From an uncultured Verrucomicrobia subdivision 3 bacterium (GTDB lineage: Bacteria > Verrucomicrobiota > Verrucomicrobiia > Limisphaerales > UBA11358), in the NCBI GenBank assembly GCA_903827955.1, contig CAIKKJ010000034.1, positions 2,946 to 66,945 on the forward strand: 64,000 nt of DNA. Direction: 5' to 3'. The position numbers and the translations under genes are program-made. This document shows positions 34,123-44,884 of the stretch, piece by piece (position 1 is the stretch's first letter; each line of letters starts with the position of its first letter). The notes under the pieces are model-generated. The model was not told the origin of the DNA. It worked only from the letters and a program-made list of their open reading frames with translations, and searched no databases.

Positions 34123-35412
34123 TCAAAACGCCTTCGCCGCGATGTCGCGGCGGAAATGCGCGCCTTCAAACTGGATGCACTCCACGGCGGCATAGGCGGC
34201 GGCTTGGGCGGTGCGTAAATCTTTGCCGAGCGCGGTCACGCCGAGCACGCGGCCGCCGTTGGTCACGATCTGGCCGTCTTTCAAAGCCGTGCCCGCATGG
34301 AAAACTTTTGTGCCGGGCAATTTGTTCGCGGCATCCAAGCCGGTGATGATTTTGCCCTTGGGATAATTCCCCGGATAACCGCCGCTGGCCATGATGACGC
34401 AGACGCTGGCTTCGGGTTTCCATTTCAATTCGTGTTTGGCCAACGTGCCGCTCGCACTGGCTTCGAGCAATTCCACGAGATCGTTTTCGAGGCGCGTGAG
34501 ATAGACTTGCGTCTCGGGATCGCCGAAGCGCGCGTTGAATTCGAGGATCTTCGGGCCGTTTTTTGTGAGCATCACGCCGGGATAGAGCAAGCCGCGATAA
34601 TCAATGCCCTCGGCCACGCAACCGCGCATGAAGGGTTCGAGCACTTTGTTGGCAACCTCGGCGAGCTGCGTGTCGTTGAGGAATGGCGTGGGCGAATACG
34701 TGCCCATACCGCCGGTATTCAGGCCTTCGTCGTTTTCGAGCGCGCGCTTGTGATCCTGCGATGTGGGAAAAATCTTCGCCGTCGTGCCGTCGCACAACGC
34801 GTGGAGCGACACCTCGATGCCTTCGAGAAATTCCTGGATGACGACGTTTGCGCCCGCAGCGCCGAACGCCTTGCTGACCATGATTTCATCCACCGCCTTC
34901 TCGGCTTCGGCTTGGTTGTGGCAGATCAAAACACCTTTGCCGAGGGCGAGGCCATCGGCTTTCACGACGCACTTGCCGCCGAGCGTGGCGCAAAATTTCT
35001 TCGCAGCGGCGACATCGGAAAAAGTTCCCGCAGCGGCGGTCGGGATGCCGTATTTCTCCATGAACTTCTGCGAGAAAACTTTCGACGCCTCGAACTGCGA
35101 CGCCTTCTGATTCACGCCCCAAATTTTCAGGCCGTGCTGCTGGAACAGATCCACGATGCCGAGCGCGAGCGGGTTGTCCGGACCGACGACGGTGAAATCC
35201 ACGCGCTTCTCCTGCGCGAACGCGAGCAGCTTGGGCAAATCCTCCGCGCTGATGCCGACGCATTCCACGGCGCTGCCGTTCTGAGCGAGGCGTTCCTGTG
35301 CGATGCCGACATTGCCGGGCGCGCACCACATCTGCGTGGCATGCGGCGATTGCGCGAGTTTCCAGACGAGGGCGTGTTCGCGTCCGCCCGAACCGATGAC
35401 CAAAATTTTCAT
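34123..35412 (-). CDS. purD: phosphoribosylamine-glycine ligase
   Basis: MKILVIGSGGREHALVWKL N-terminus with an ATP-grasp pattern. 429 aa. Confidence 0.9.
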   Translation of the reverse strand: MKILVIGSGGREHALVWKLAQSPHATQMWCAPGNVGIAQERLAQNGSAVECVGISAEDLPKLLAFAQEKRVDFTVVGPDNPLALGIVDLFQQHGLKIWGVNQKASQFEASKVFSQKFMEKYGIPTAAAGTFSDVAAAKKFCATLGGKCVVKADGLALGKGVLICHNQAEAEKAVDEIMVSKAFGAAGANVVIQEFLEGIEVSLHALCDGTTAKIFPTSQDHKRALENDEGLNTGGMGTYSPTPFLNDTQLAEVANKVLEPFMRGCVAEGIDYRGLLYPGVMLTKNGPKILEFNARFGDPETQVYLTRLENDLVELLEASASGTLAKHELKWKPEASVCVIMASGGYPGNYPKGKIITGLDAANKLPGTKVFHAGTALKDGQIVTNGGRVLGVTALGKDLRTAQAAAYAAVECIQFEGAHFRRDIAAKAF

Positions 35413-35451
35413 GCGGGCAAATTGAAGCAGGAAGCGGGCGATGAGGCAATT

Positions 35452-37281
35452 TTACTTGCCGGGAGAAACGATCGGCTGCAACTCGACCTCCAGCACGAGG
35501 TTGCCGCTGGCCGGAACCGTCACATTTACGGCGAGCATATTGAAACTGGGGTTCGGCTCGTTCACGCCGTCGTCCGGCGGCTGAGCACTGGCGATTTCAA
35601 ATCTGGCGTTGGCGGGCGAAATAATTTTTGCGGCGAGCGTTTTGCCATTCAGCCGCAGCATGGCCTGATTCATTTTCAAATTGATTTTTGCGGCCGTGAC
35701 CATCTGCCAGCGGATAGAGAGTCCGGGCTGCGCTGAAGTAATTTCATCGCGTATGCGAACGGAGCGGTTTTCGCCGATGAAAAATTGGCGCACGACATTG
35801 CTGGCCTGGCCGGAAAAAATTTCGGAGAGATCAATCGTCGCGGAGTTCGTGGTGAAGCGCGTGATGCGCGCATCGCCTTTCACGTGATGTAACAGCCCGC
35901 CAAGCGTGAGCGTGTTGTGGCTGAAATTATTCAGCCGGAAGACGCGCCACCGGTCGCTGTTCTGTGACATGTTGAAAAGCGCCCAGCCTTTCGATTCAAC
36001 CGAAAGATAATCCTGCGCGCCAAGGTCGCTGGCCCAGCGAACGCCGTCGGCATCGAGCACAAACGAACCAGCGTCCATGTGCGCGTGGTTCAAGCTGGCT
36101 GAACCGCCCTTCACGGCAAGGAACATGGCGTTGGCATCCGTCCACGAACTGCGTAAAATACCAATCGGATTCGGGCCATCACCAAACCATGTAAGTGGAA
36201 ACGTGGGCGCGGGAATTTCTTCGGGCAGCCCTTTGCACCAAAGCGCGAGCAACGGATTCAAGCTGTCATCGTGTCTGCCGTTGGGCGATCCCGAAAGTTT
36301 TTGCCGGAGAATCCGGTTTTGAGAATAAACAATCGTCGGGTCTTTGAGTCGTTGGGCGAACCAGAATATGGTGGGGTCAAAAACTACGCTGTCGTGGCCA
36401 TCGGAAAAATTAAACGCCCGTCCGGTCGGTCCGATTTGCTCGATGAGCGCCGCTGCGCTCGCGAGGAAGCCAAGTGATTTGGAGAGGTTCCAGTCCGTGC
36501 CCAGCGCCGACTCCAGCGCCGAGATCATCAGCACCTGATACGTAGTGCCGTAATTCCAATACCCCGGGCCTTCAGGATAAACGCCGAGCGGCGCATAAGG
36601 TTCCAGTCCGTTGGGGTTGTTTTTCTTGGCGAGAGTGAGCATTTGCCGCGCGATGGCTGGTTCCTCATCAGCGATCGCCAAAGCTCCAAGCGTCAGCCCG
36701 CCGTAACAAACCTGGTTCCAATTCATCGTCGCATGCGTCCAGAAATAGTTCGTGTTGAGTCCCGGTGTGAGTCCCTTTTCAATCATCGCCTGGCGCAACG
36801 TGCTCCGCGTGGCGGACGGCAGGTCAGCAAACAGCCAGTCGTAACCGATCGCCACGGCGGCGGTCATCTCCGCGGTGTCGAGAAAATGCTTCGTGTTCCA
36901 ATCATTGAACGCGGCGACCGTCAGCAAGTCTTTCTCAGCATGGTCGAGAAAAACTTTTTCGCCGGTCACGCGGTAGGCGAAGCTGCACAACTGCACCCGA
37001 CGAAACGTTTCGCGTGATACGGCCAGCAATCGTTTGCCGTCCTTTTTGTAGATGATAGTCGGTCCGGTCAGTGTCGCGCGGGCCTCCTCAACGACGCGCT
37101 TGAGCAACGCGTCGAGTTGCGGGTCGCTTTCGCGACGGTGACGGATGTCGTCCCAATCCGCACCGGTGATGATCAACCGGGGATGTTCGGGACGCAGGCC
37201 AGTCAAAATATCCGGCGCATCCCCGGCCAGCGCCGTGAAGGCCATCAACCCGGCGGAGAGTAACGTAAGAATTTTTTTCAC
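35452..37281 (-). CDS. heparinase II/III-like polysaccharide lyase family protein
   Basis: Signal peptide present. NHAHMDAGSF motif of the Hepar_II_III family, with an alginate-lyase-like N-domain. Confidence 0.7.
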   Translation of the reverse strand: MKKILTLLSAGLMAFTALAGDAPDILTGLRPEHPRLIITGADWDDIRHRRESDPQLDALLKRVVEEARATLTGPTIIYKKDGKRLLAVSRETFRRVQLCSFAYRVTGEKVFLDHAEKDLLTVAAFNDWNTKHFLDTAEMTAAVAIGYDWLFADLPSATRSTLRQAMIEKGLTPGLNTNYFWTHATMNWNQVCYGGLTLGALAIADEEPAIARQMLTLAKKNNPNGLEPYAPLGVYPEGPGYWNYGTTYQVLMISALESALGTDWNLSKSLGFLASAAALIEQIGPTGRAFNFSDGHDSVVFDPTIFWFAQRLKDPTIVYSQNRILRQKLSGSPNGRHDDSLNPLLALWCKGLPEEIPAPTFPLTWFGDGPNPIGILRSSWTDANAMFLAVKGGSASLNHAHMDAGSFVLDADGVRWASDLGAQDYLSVESKGWALFNMSQNSDRWRVFRLNNFSHNTLTLGGLLHHVKGDARITRFTTNSATIDLSEIFSGQASNVVRQFFIGENRSVRIRDEITSAQPGLSIRWQMVTAAKINLKMNQAMLRLNGKTLAAKIISPANARFEIASAQPPDDGVNEPNPSFNMLAVNVTVPASGNLVLEVELQPIVSPGK

Positions 37282-37284
37282 GAG

Positions 37285-39666
37285 TTATTTCAGATCAGCC
37301 CCAAACTTTATTTCCGCACCGCGAGCCAGCATAAATTCTTTTGTGAGATTCCCATTACGAATCTTCACCGGGCCAGTGCCGCTGAGATTTTTGATCTTAG
37401 CCGCGTCGAGTCTGCCGTTTTTCCATTTGATGCCGACCTCGTAACCACCGCGCGCACGCAGGCCGGAAACCGTTCCCTCCGGCCACGCGGCTGGCAGCGC
37501 GGGGAGCAGTTCAATTTCACCCGCCTGACTTTGCAGCAGCATTTCCGCGATGGCTGCCGTGCCACCGAAGTTGCCGTCAATCTGGAACGGCGGATGCGCG
37601 TCGAATAGGTTGGGATAAGTGCCGCCGCCGCTGCCGCCGAAGTCCGTGCCTTTGCCGCCGGCCGGTTGCAACAGGTTTTGCAGCAGCTTGAATGTGCGGT
37701 CGCCGTCGTGCAGCCGCGCCCAGAGCGCCATGCGAAACGCCGTGGCCCAGCCGGTGCTTTTGTCACCGCGCAGATCGAGCGACTTGCGCGCAGCCTCAGC
37801 GAGCGCAGGCGTGGCGGTCGGTGAAATTTCATCGCCCGGATACAAGCCCCATAGATGCGAGACGTGCCGGTGCGTCGGTTCCGGCTCCTGATATTCTTCG
37901 AGCCATTCCATCACGCGCCCGTCGCTGCCGATGCGCGTGGGCGGCAGTCGGTCGCGCTTCGTTTTCAATTCGACAGTAAATTTTTTATCCACGCCGAGGA
38001 TTTCCGCCGACTCGATGACCGCGCCGAAAAGAAAACGCAGCAACTGGTTGTCCAGCGTCGGGCCGAGACAGACATGCGCATTCTGGCCGTTCGTCATCGT
38101 GAACGCGTTCTCCGGCGAATTCGCCGGCGCGGTCACGAGCCAGTGGTGCGACGGCTCCTCGATGAGCGTGTCCGCAAAAAATACCGCCGAGCCGCGCAGC
38201 ACGGGATAGGCACGTTTCAAAAATTCCCTATCTCCGGTAAATCTCCAATGCTCCCACAGGTGATGGCACAGCCAAGCGGCATCGCTCGGCGTGAGTCCCC
38301 ACGCCGCGCTTTCGCCGGGCGAGGTGAAGCCCCAGGCGTTCGCCAAAACGTGTGCTACCCAACCATTGGCATTGTAATATTTTTTTGCCGTGACCGCGCC
38401 CGGCGCTTGTAACGATTCGATGTAGGCGAATAGCGGCTCGTTTAGCTCCGTCAGGTTGCAGACCTCCGCGGGCCAGTAAATCATCTGGAGGTTCACATTC
38501 AGGTGATAGTCCGCGCCCCACGGCGGCGAAACCGTGTCCGCCCACAACCCTTGAAGGTTCGCGGGCATGGAACCGGGCCGTGACGATGAAATCAGCAGGT
38601 AACGACCAAAGTTAAAATACAGAACCGCGAGCGACGGGTCGTGCGCCAAGTCTTTTGCCGCGATGCGCTCCGGCGTGGGCTTCGTGGAAATTTCTGAATT
38701 CGTGGAAGCTAAATCCAGTTTCACGCGATTGTAAAATTTCTGGTAATCCGCAACGTGGGCGGCCAGTAGCGCGGAATAATCGTTCTTCTCCACCGCATTC
38801 AGATCATTCTCCACTGCCACCGCAACATCCCACCGCTTGGTTTTGGCAAAACGCTCATAATCCGTCACAGCCGCGATGAACATAAGAACTTCGTCCGCGC
38901 CGCTCACGACTATTTTTCCATCCGCCGCCGCGATTTTTCCACCGGTGTTTCGCACGCGCAGTCGCGCGGCATATTTCACGCCTTCACCACCCGCGCCGTT
39001 CGTCATGGCACCGGTCATCAGCAATTCGTCATTGCCGACATTTTTGGTTTTGAATCGTTCCGGCCGGTCGAGCATCGCTTCAAAAGAAATTTGCCCCGGC
39101 TTGTCCGCCGTAAGCCGCATGACGATGATCTGATCCGGCGCGCTCACAAAAATCTCGCGGGTGAACTTCACATCGCCGCGCGAAAAATCCGTGCGCGCCG
39201 TGGCCGCGGTCAAATCCAGTTCGCGGCGGTAATCCGTAGCGGCGTTCGTATCGGCATACGAAAATTTCAGGCGCAAATCGCCGAGCGTTTGATACGAGCC
39301 GTAAGGCACTTCGCCCGGATGACCGTTCGCCGAGCCGCGCCCGGCGCAGGTAAAATTGCGATTCACCAACCGCTCGGCTTCGACGTTTTTGCCTTCAAGC
39401 AGCAGCCGGCGGATTTCCGGCAGCGCGGCGGCGGCGTTCGTGCGGTCGGCGTCCTGCACCGAGCCAGACCACAGCGAATTCTCGTTCAACGCCACGCGTT
39501 CGTCCTCGATGCCGCCGAAATCCATCGCGCCAAGGCGTCCGTTGCCGAGGGGCGTGGACTCCAGAAAATTTTTTGCGGGCTTCGCGAGCCAGACGGTGGT
39601 GTCCGGCGAAAGAGCGAAGGCGGATGAAGTCGCAGCGAGCGCGAGCAGCGTCAGGAGTTTTTTCAT
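37285..39666 (-). CDS. glycoside hydrolase family 95 (alpha-L-fucosidase type)
   Basis: Signal peptide present. The [10 protein letters not shown]...NE.SLWSG N-terminus is typical of GH95. 793 aa. Confidence 0.8.
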   Translation of the reverse strand: MKKLLTLLALAATSSAFALSPDTTVWLAKPAKNFLESTPLGNGRLGAMDFGGIEDERVALNENSLWSGSVQDADRTNAAAALPEIRRLLLEGKNVEAERLVNRNFTCAGRGSANGHPGEVPYGSYQTLGDLRLKFSYADTNAATDYRRELDLTAATARTDFSRGDVKFTREIFVSAPDQIIVMRLTADKPGQISFEAMLDRPERFKTKNVGNDELLMTGAMTNGAGGEGVKYAARLRVRNTGGKIAAADGKIVVSGADEVLMFIAAVTDYERFAKTKRWDVAVAVENDLNAVEKNDYSALLAAHVADYQKFYNRVKLDLASTNSEISTKPTPERIAAKDLAHDPSLAVLYFNFGRYLLISSSRPGSMPANLQGLWADTVSPPWGADYHLNVNLQMIYWPAEVCNLTELNEPLFAYIESLQAPGAVTAKKYYNANGWVAHVLANAWGFTSPGESAAWGLTPSDAAWLCHHLWEHWRFTGDREFLKRAYPVLRGSAVFFADTLIEEPSHHWLVTAPANSPENAFTMTNGQNAHVCLGPTLDNQLLRFLFGAVIESAEILGVDKKFTVELKTKRDRLPPTRIGSDGRVMEWLEEYQEPEPTHRHVSHLWGLYPGDEISPTATPALAEAARKSLDLRGDKSTGWATAFRMALWARLHDGDRTFKLLQNLLQPAGGKGTDFGGSGGGTYPNLFDAHPPFQIDGNFGGTAAIAEMLLQSQAGEIELLPALPAAWPEGTVSGLRARGGYEVGIKWKNGRLDAAKIKNLSGTGPVKIRNGNLTKEFMLARGAEIKFGADLK

Positions 39667-39672
39667 GCTGTA

Positions 39673-41904
39673 TTAATTTCCAGTCTGCTGGACGATTTCG
39701 GCGGACTCAAGTTTCAACACGGTTTCGTTCGTTCCGAAATCTGGACGGTCTTTCGGCTCGATGAAAATGGGCGCGTCTTTGCGCAGCGGCAAAATCTCCA
39801 GCCGCAAATCGCCGGTGAAAATTTCCTGACCGTAGCGATTGAGTCCCAGATCAAACGGTCGGCCGGCGAAGAAATTATCTGCGATCAACTTGCCATTCAG
39901 CGTAAGCCGCGCGGCGTCGCCGATGTAACGGATGCGGAGCAATGGATTTTTCGCGAGGTCGATTTTGGCAGGTAGCTTGATTTGCCAGACGGCGGCGTTC
40001 GTGAAATCGGAATCCGTCGGCGCGGCCGCGATCTGGGATTTGCCAACGAGCGGGATGTCGCGGGCTGGGCCGGCGTTGCGAAGCGAGGTGGCTTCCACTT
40101 TTTGCTTTGCGAACTTCAAGGGCACTTCGATGGAAACCTTGTCGTCAATTTTTTGCAATGCGAGCGAATCAGCTTCGTTCAGCAGATAGATTTGAATCGG
40201 TTTCCCGGACGCACTTTTCAGATTCGTTGGACGTTTGCGATCGGGTTTCAGCCCGAAAAATTCAGCGGGCGATGACTTCAGGCTTTTCGAATCGAAAACA
40301 AATTCTGCGGGCACGCCGGGGGTTTCCGCGAAGAAAAATGTGTTGCCGTGGCGGCAAATCGGTTGGGCGGTAGCATAAATCAATTTCGCGCCGCCAAGGT
40401 CCATGTTGAACGGCCAGAAGTAAAATCCGTCTGCCGGAATCGTCACGGGCTGCTGCGGGAAGACGAGTTCGCCGCCGGGCAGATGCAGTTTGAATTGAAA
40501 ATTGGTTTTGGCAGGCAATGGATGGAGCCGCTGATAATTGTTCACGAACACATAGCCACTGTTGCCATCGGAACGCACGGACCAGCGCAAGGTGGTAAAA
40601 TCATTTTTGTTCGTCACACGCAAGTCGGGCAACGTCGTCGGCATTTGTGCGAGCGGCGCACCGAAGTCGTGAAGGAACAAATGCAGCCGACGTAACCAAT
40701 AGTATTGCGGATTGATCTGGCCGAACTCGCCGATGGGCGCGTTGAAGTCGTAGGACTTCACCGGCAGATCATTCACGTAGCCGGTGGCGGTGGATTCTTG
40801 GAGCGTCGAGAGTTTGCCATCGGGATTTTGGCCGCCGTGATACATGTAATAGCCCAGCAGCGAACTGCCACTGCCGAGTTGCGTGAGCACCACGGCCTCG
40901 ACATCGCGCTCGTCGTAATTGATGCGGCGGTGATACGAAGCAGGCATACCGCCACCGATTTCGCAGGTGAGATGCGGGTATTTTTCCGTGCCGCTGGTAT
41001 CGCCGGCCTTTTCAACTTTCAACGTGTCATTGCCCACGCCGGTGTCGGTGCGCGTGATTTTAAAGGTGAAATTTTCCCAATCGTTGCCGTCCATCGGCTT
41101 GATGTTGCGCGACCAGAAACCGTCGGGATACGCGCCGAAGAGCGGCAGCAATTCACCGAGCGGCACCGGCGTCTTCATCGCGGGCCAGCCGGTCTTGATG
41201 TAGAGCGGCACGTCAAGGCCGGCCTCAATCGCCATTTTTTTCAGCGCCATCAAATAATTTGGCGAGCCGCCGAATTCATTGTCCACCTGGATGCCGATGA
41301 CCGGGCCACCATCTTTCCAAAGTTGGCCGGAAAGTTGTTTGGCGATTTCGGCGTAGAGAATTTTCGTCGCGGCGAGAAAGTTGGTATCCGTCGAGCGCAG
41401 CTTCCAGTCCTTGTGCGCCTGCACCCAGTCGGGAAAACCACCGTTGCGCACTTCGCCGTGACACCACGGGCCACAGCGGACAATCACTTTCAGTCCCAAT
41501 TCACCGCACGTCTGCAAAAATTTTTTCATATCACGCTGGCCACTCCAATCCCATTGACCCTCGATTTCCTCGTGATGAATCCAGAAAACGTAAGTCGCCA
41601 CGATGTCCACGCCGCCGGCTTTCATCTTGCGCAATTCCTCGCGCCACTCGGCTTGCGGCACGCGCGAGTAGTGCATTTCGCCCATCACCGGAAATACGGG
41701 CGCGCCGTCGAAGAGCAGGCTGCGACTGTTCACGGAGATTTCGTGACCAGCGGGATTTTTGGTGGTGCCGAGTTTGAAATAACCCGTCTCAGCCGGCGGC
41801 GGCGTTTGGATACTGGCGGAAACAACTTCAGCGTGAAGCGAAAAGGAAATTGCCAAGCTGGCGCAGACACCGGCCAGCACCAGTTTTGTAGAACGGGAAA
41901 TCAT
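39673..41904 (-). CDS. glycoside hydrolase family 35 beta-galactosidase
   Basis: GEMHYSRVP...W...L.KMKAGG...V.TYVFW..HE and QVDNEFG motifs are present. Confidence 0.8.
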   Translation of the reverse strand: MISRSTKLVLAGVCASLAISFSLHAEVVSASIQTPPPAETGYFKLGTTKNPAGHEISVNSRSLLFDGAPVFPVMGEMHYSRVPQAEWREELRKMKAGGVDIVATYVFWIHHEEIEGQWDWSGQRDMKKFLQTCGELGLKVIVRCGPWCHGEVRNGGFPDWVQAHKDWKLRSTDTNFLAATKILYAEIAKQLSGQLWKDGGPVIGIQVDNEFGGSPNYLMALKKMAIEAGLDVPLYIKTGWPAMKTPVPLGELLPLFGAYPDGFWSRNIKPMDGNDWENFTFKITRTDTGVGNDTLKVEKAGDTSGTEKYPHLTCEIGGGMPASYHRRINYDERDVEAVVLTQLGSGSSLLGYYMYHGGQNPDGKLSTLQESTATGYVNDLPVKSYDFNAPIGEFGQINPQYYWLRRLHLFLHDFGAPLAQMPTTLPDLRVTNKNDFTTLRWSVRSDGNSGYVFVNNYQRLHPLPAKTNFQFKLHLPGGELVFPQQPVTIPADGFYFWPFNMDLGGAKLIYATAQPICRHGNTFFFAETPGVPAEFVFDSKSLKSSPAEFFGLKPDRKRPTNLKSASGKPIQIYLLNEADSLALQKIDDKVSIEVPLKFAKQKVEATSLRNAGPARDIPLVGKSQIAAAPTDSDFTNAAVWQIKLPAKIDLAKNPLLRIRYIGDAARLTLNGKLIADNFFAGRPFDLGLNRYGQEIFTGDLRLEILPLRKDAPIFIEPKDRPDFGTNETVLKLESAEIVQQTGN

Positions 41905-41969
41905 CTCCGCAGATTACGCGGCTGGTGCGAATTTGGAATCCAAAATCTGACGCCAATTCTGGGGATATT

Positions 41970-42039
41970 GCCACAGAGCCACAGCGGTCGCAGAGAAAAA
42001 TGTTTGATTCCGACTCTGTGTTCTCTGTGCCTCTGTGGC
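41970..42039. repeat. REP-like palindromic element built from CACAGAG units (second copy)
   Basis: GCCACAGAGCCACAGCGGTCGCAGAGAAA ... CTCTGTGTTCTCTGTGCCTCTGTGGC. Lies directly after the purM stop. Confidence 0.7.
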
Positions 42040-42046
42040 TAAAAAA

Positions 42047-43096
42047 CTATTCGACGCGTGCCACGCCCTTGCCCTTGACGACTTCGCCGATGATCCAAGC
42101 TTTGTGCTTCTGCGACTTGATGAATTTCAAAACGTCATTCGCTTTTTCCGCCGACACGATGGAAACCATGCCGATGCCCATGTTGAAGACCTGATAGAGT
42201 TCGTCGTCCGGCACGCCGCTTTTTTGCTCGATGATTTTGAAAATCGGCAGCATGTCCCACGAACCTTTTTTGATGACACAATCGAGCGACTTCGGCAGCA
42301 CGCGCGGGATGTTGTCCACGAAACCACCGCCGGTGATGTGGGCAAAGGCGCGCACCAAATCCGATTTGCCGTTGAATTTCTTCAACAACTTCTGCACCAG
42401 CGGCCCGTAGCTGATGTGTTCCGCTAGCAATTCTTCGCCGATGGATTTCTTGAGGCCGGGAACTTTGCTGGACGGTTTGTAGCCGAGCTGCTCGAAGAAA
42501 ATTTTGCGGCCGAGCGAATAGCCGTTCGTGTGCAAGCCGCTCGATTCGATGCCGATGACTACGTCGCCGCGCCGGATGGTTTTCTGGCCGTTCAGCATCT
42601 TGGATTTTTCCACCACGCCGACAATCGTGCCGCTCACATCGTATTCGCCCTTCTGGTAAAAGCCCGGCATCTGCGCCGTCTCGCCGCCGATGAGCGCGCA
42701 GTTGTTTTCCGCGCACGCGCGCGCGAAGCCCTTGATGATGTCCGTGAACACGTGCGGCTCCAGTTTGCCCGTGCCGAGATAATCGAGGAAGAACAGCGGC
42801 TCCGCGCCCAGCACCGCGATGTCGTTCACGCAATGGTTCACGAGGTCCGCGCCGATGGTGTCGTGCTGATCCAGCGCGAAGGCGAGCTTGAGCTTCGTGC
42901 CGACGCCGTCCACGGACGACACGAGGACCGGCTCGCGATATTTTTTCACGTCCAGCGCGAAGAGGCCGCCGAAGCCGCCGACCTTGCCGAGCACCTCGCG
43001 GCGCTGCGTGCTGGCGAGCAATTGCGGCAGCGTGGCCTTGACGCGATTGCCCAGATCAATGTCCACGCCGGCGGCGGCGTAAGCTTTTTGTTTCAT
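42047..43096 (-). CDS. purM: phosphoribosylformylglycinamidine cyclo-ligase
   Basis: ATG 43096 (MKQKAYAAAGVDIDLGN...). DGVGTK and GGETA motifs are present. The ORF-track extension to 43327 is not protein-like. Confidence 0.9.
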   Translation of the reverse strand: MKQKAYAAAGVDIDLGNRVKATLPQLLASTQRREVLGKVGGFGGLFALDVKKYREPVLVSSVDGVGTKLKLAFALDQHDTIGADLVNHCVNDIAVLGAEPLFFLDYLGTGKLEPHVFTDIIKGFARACAENNCALIGGETAQMPGFYQKGEYDVSGTIVGVVEKSKMLNGQKTIRRGDVVIGIESSGLHTNGYSLGRKIFFEQLGYKPSSKVPGLKKSIGEELLAEHISYGPLVQKLLKKFNGKSDLVRAFAHITGGGFVDNIPRVLPKSLDCVIKKGSWDMLPIFKIIEQKSGVPDDELYQVFNMGIGMVSIVSAEKANDVLKFIKSQKHKAWIIGEVVKGKGVARVE

Positions 43097-43142
43097 GCGG
43101 CGGAAAGTAAAACTGTAAAACGCGGCGCGGGCGAGAAAATTT

Positions 43143-44576
43143 CTATTGAGATTGGAAATACAACATATCCTTTGCTCGGCTACGAACATTCGGATCAGGA
43201 TCTTTCTCCGCCAGTTCACGAAGTTTCGGAACCGCTTCGGGAACAATGTGTGGACGCATGACGGGAATTCGAAATTCGTTAAAAACCTCCAAGGTTCCAA
43301 GTCGCACTTGTGCATCAGGGTTCTCAAGACCTTTCAACAAATCTGGTGTATTCGTTCTCATGGTTTGTCCAAGTAAAAATATAGCGCTGTCTTTATAAAT
43401 GCCGTGAATGTTGCCGCTTACCCACTCCTTTGCCATAGTGATGAAAGCCGCTTCAGAATGGCCGGCCATGTTGGCAAGAGTTTCTTCCGCGTCCAAAACT
43501 ACATACTCATTGGAGCTGGAGAGGTTCATTCCTAAAGCAGAAATGTATTCATCTGAAGTTATGCCGATTTCGCTGAGCGTCCGATTGGCATCAATGCGAG
43601 TTTGAGTTTCGGGATGAGAAAGACATTTGAGTAATGCCGGAACGGCCTCGTAGCTATTTGTGCCCAACCTGCCCAATGTGTAAATCGTTTGCTGGCGGAC
43701 ATACATCTCTGGGTTTTCCAAATCTTTGATTAAAGGAGCGAGCGCATTTGGAGTTTCGGGCGCAATTATCTTAACGGCCACAGCCGCGTGCATTCGCAGA
43801 GAGAAATATTGACTGCGACTGGCGACTAAAAGAATGGGGATGGCAGGACGTGCATCATTTCCAAAAGATGCCAGAGCATCGGCGATTCCGTCACGGTATT
43901 CAGTAGCCGTGTTCGTGAATGCAATCATCAATGTCGGAATTATCACTTCCGGCTGATTTTTTCCAACGACTGCCAAAGCTCCGGCTATTGCCCTTCGGTT
44001 TGCATCATCGGTAAGTTTGTCATTGATGACACCTGTTAAGACCGGCAGAAAAATGTCTGCGTAGTTCGTCCCCAATAGAGCCATCGCCCCAGAAATTCCA
44101 CCTCGATTATGCACTGGCGATGAATTGGTGAGCGCATTGATGAGAATCGGAATGATAATTTCCAATTTGTTGCGGCCAACATTCGCCAAAGCTTCTGCCG
44201 CCACATCTTGAGCTCCAATCTCGCCGTTCCTCAAATACTCCGTCAAAATGGGCGCTGCCTTTTCCGCATTCGTTCCCATGCTGCCTAAAGTCTGCATTGC
44301 AAACTGAAGGACGCGGACATTCCGATATGAAATGCGAATCCGGTTCGTTGTATTTTGTTGGGGGTGGAATTTGTTAGTCGTTAGAAATTCAATCAAAACA
44401 GGAATTGCATTTGTCCCAAGATTTTCAACTTTCGGGGGAATTAAAGTTGGCTGGCGTGAACGACTCGACAAAGCGGGAAGCAGCATCGCAGCCAAAACTG
44501 CAATCACACAAATCACCACCAACAATTCAATCAGCGTGAGTCCGCTGACTTTGCCTCTTCCCGAAAGTGCTTTCAT
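43143..44576 (-). CDS. HEAT-repeat protein with prepilin-type N-terminal cleavage/methylation domain
   Basis: GLTLIELLVVICVIAVLAAMLLPAL lies at the N-terminus. It is followed by about ten HEAT/PBS-lyase-like repeats (..AA.ALG..G...IP.L...L...). Confidence 0.7.
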   Translation of the reverse strand: MKALSGRGKVSGLTLIELLVVICVIAVLAAMLLPALSSRSRQPTLIPPKVENLGTNAIPVLIEFLTTNKFHPQQNTTNRIRISYRNVRVLQFAMQTLGSMGTNAEKAAPILTEYLRNGEIGAQDVAAEALANVGRNKLEIIIPILINALTNSSPVHNRGGISGAMALLGTNYADIFLPVLTGVINDKLTDDANRRAIAGALAVVGKNQPEVIIPTLMIAFTNTATEYRDGIADALASFGNDARPAIPILLVASRSQYFSLRMHAAVAVKIIAPETPNALAPLIKDLENPEMYVRQQTIYTLGRLGTNSYEAVPALLKCLSHPETQTRIDANRTLSEIGITSDEYISALGMNLSSSNEYVVLDAEETLANMAGHSEAAFITMAKEWVSGNIHGIYKDSAIFLLGQTMRTNTPDLLKGLENPDAQVRLGTLEVFNEFRIPVMRPHIVPEAVPKLRELAEKDPDPNVRSRAKDMLYFQSQ

Positions 44577-44628
44577 GGCTAATGCCACTGTAACTCCGCC
44601 CGCCCCGGCGACAAGCCGGAAATCTTCA

Positions 44629-44656
44629 GACAGGATTCACAGGATTATGCAGGATT
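44629..44656. repeat. half copy of the CAGGAT(T)-unit REP-like element
   Basis: GACAGGATTCACAGGATTATGCAGGATT. An 18-nt run (ACAGGATTATGCAGGATT) is identical to the reverse complement of 28304-28321. Confidence 0.6.
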
Positions 44657-44884
44657 AAATGGACTCACTCGCTCCCGCTCGTTCGGCCCTGCGGGCCTTC
44701 GGTTTCACCGAATTCCTTTCGCCGTTTCCCAAACGGCTCAAGTCTGTTCATTTTGTTAATTCTGTCTCCTCCGTTTTCGCTCGCACCGCCGCTTGGCGAA
44801 GTTCCTGCTTAACTCCCGTTGGCGGCAAAAAAATTCCGCCCGTCGCAACGTCGCGACGAGATGATTTTAACCAAAATAATTTGC

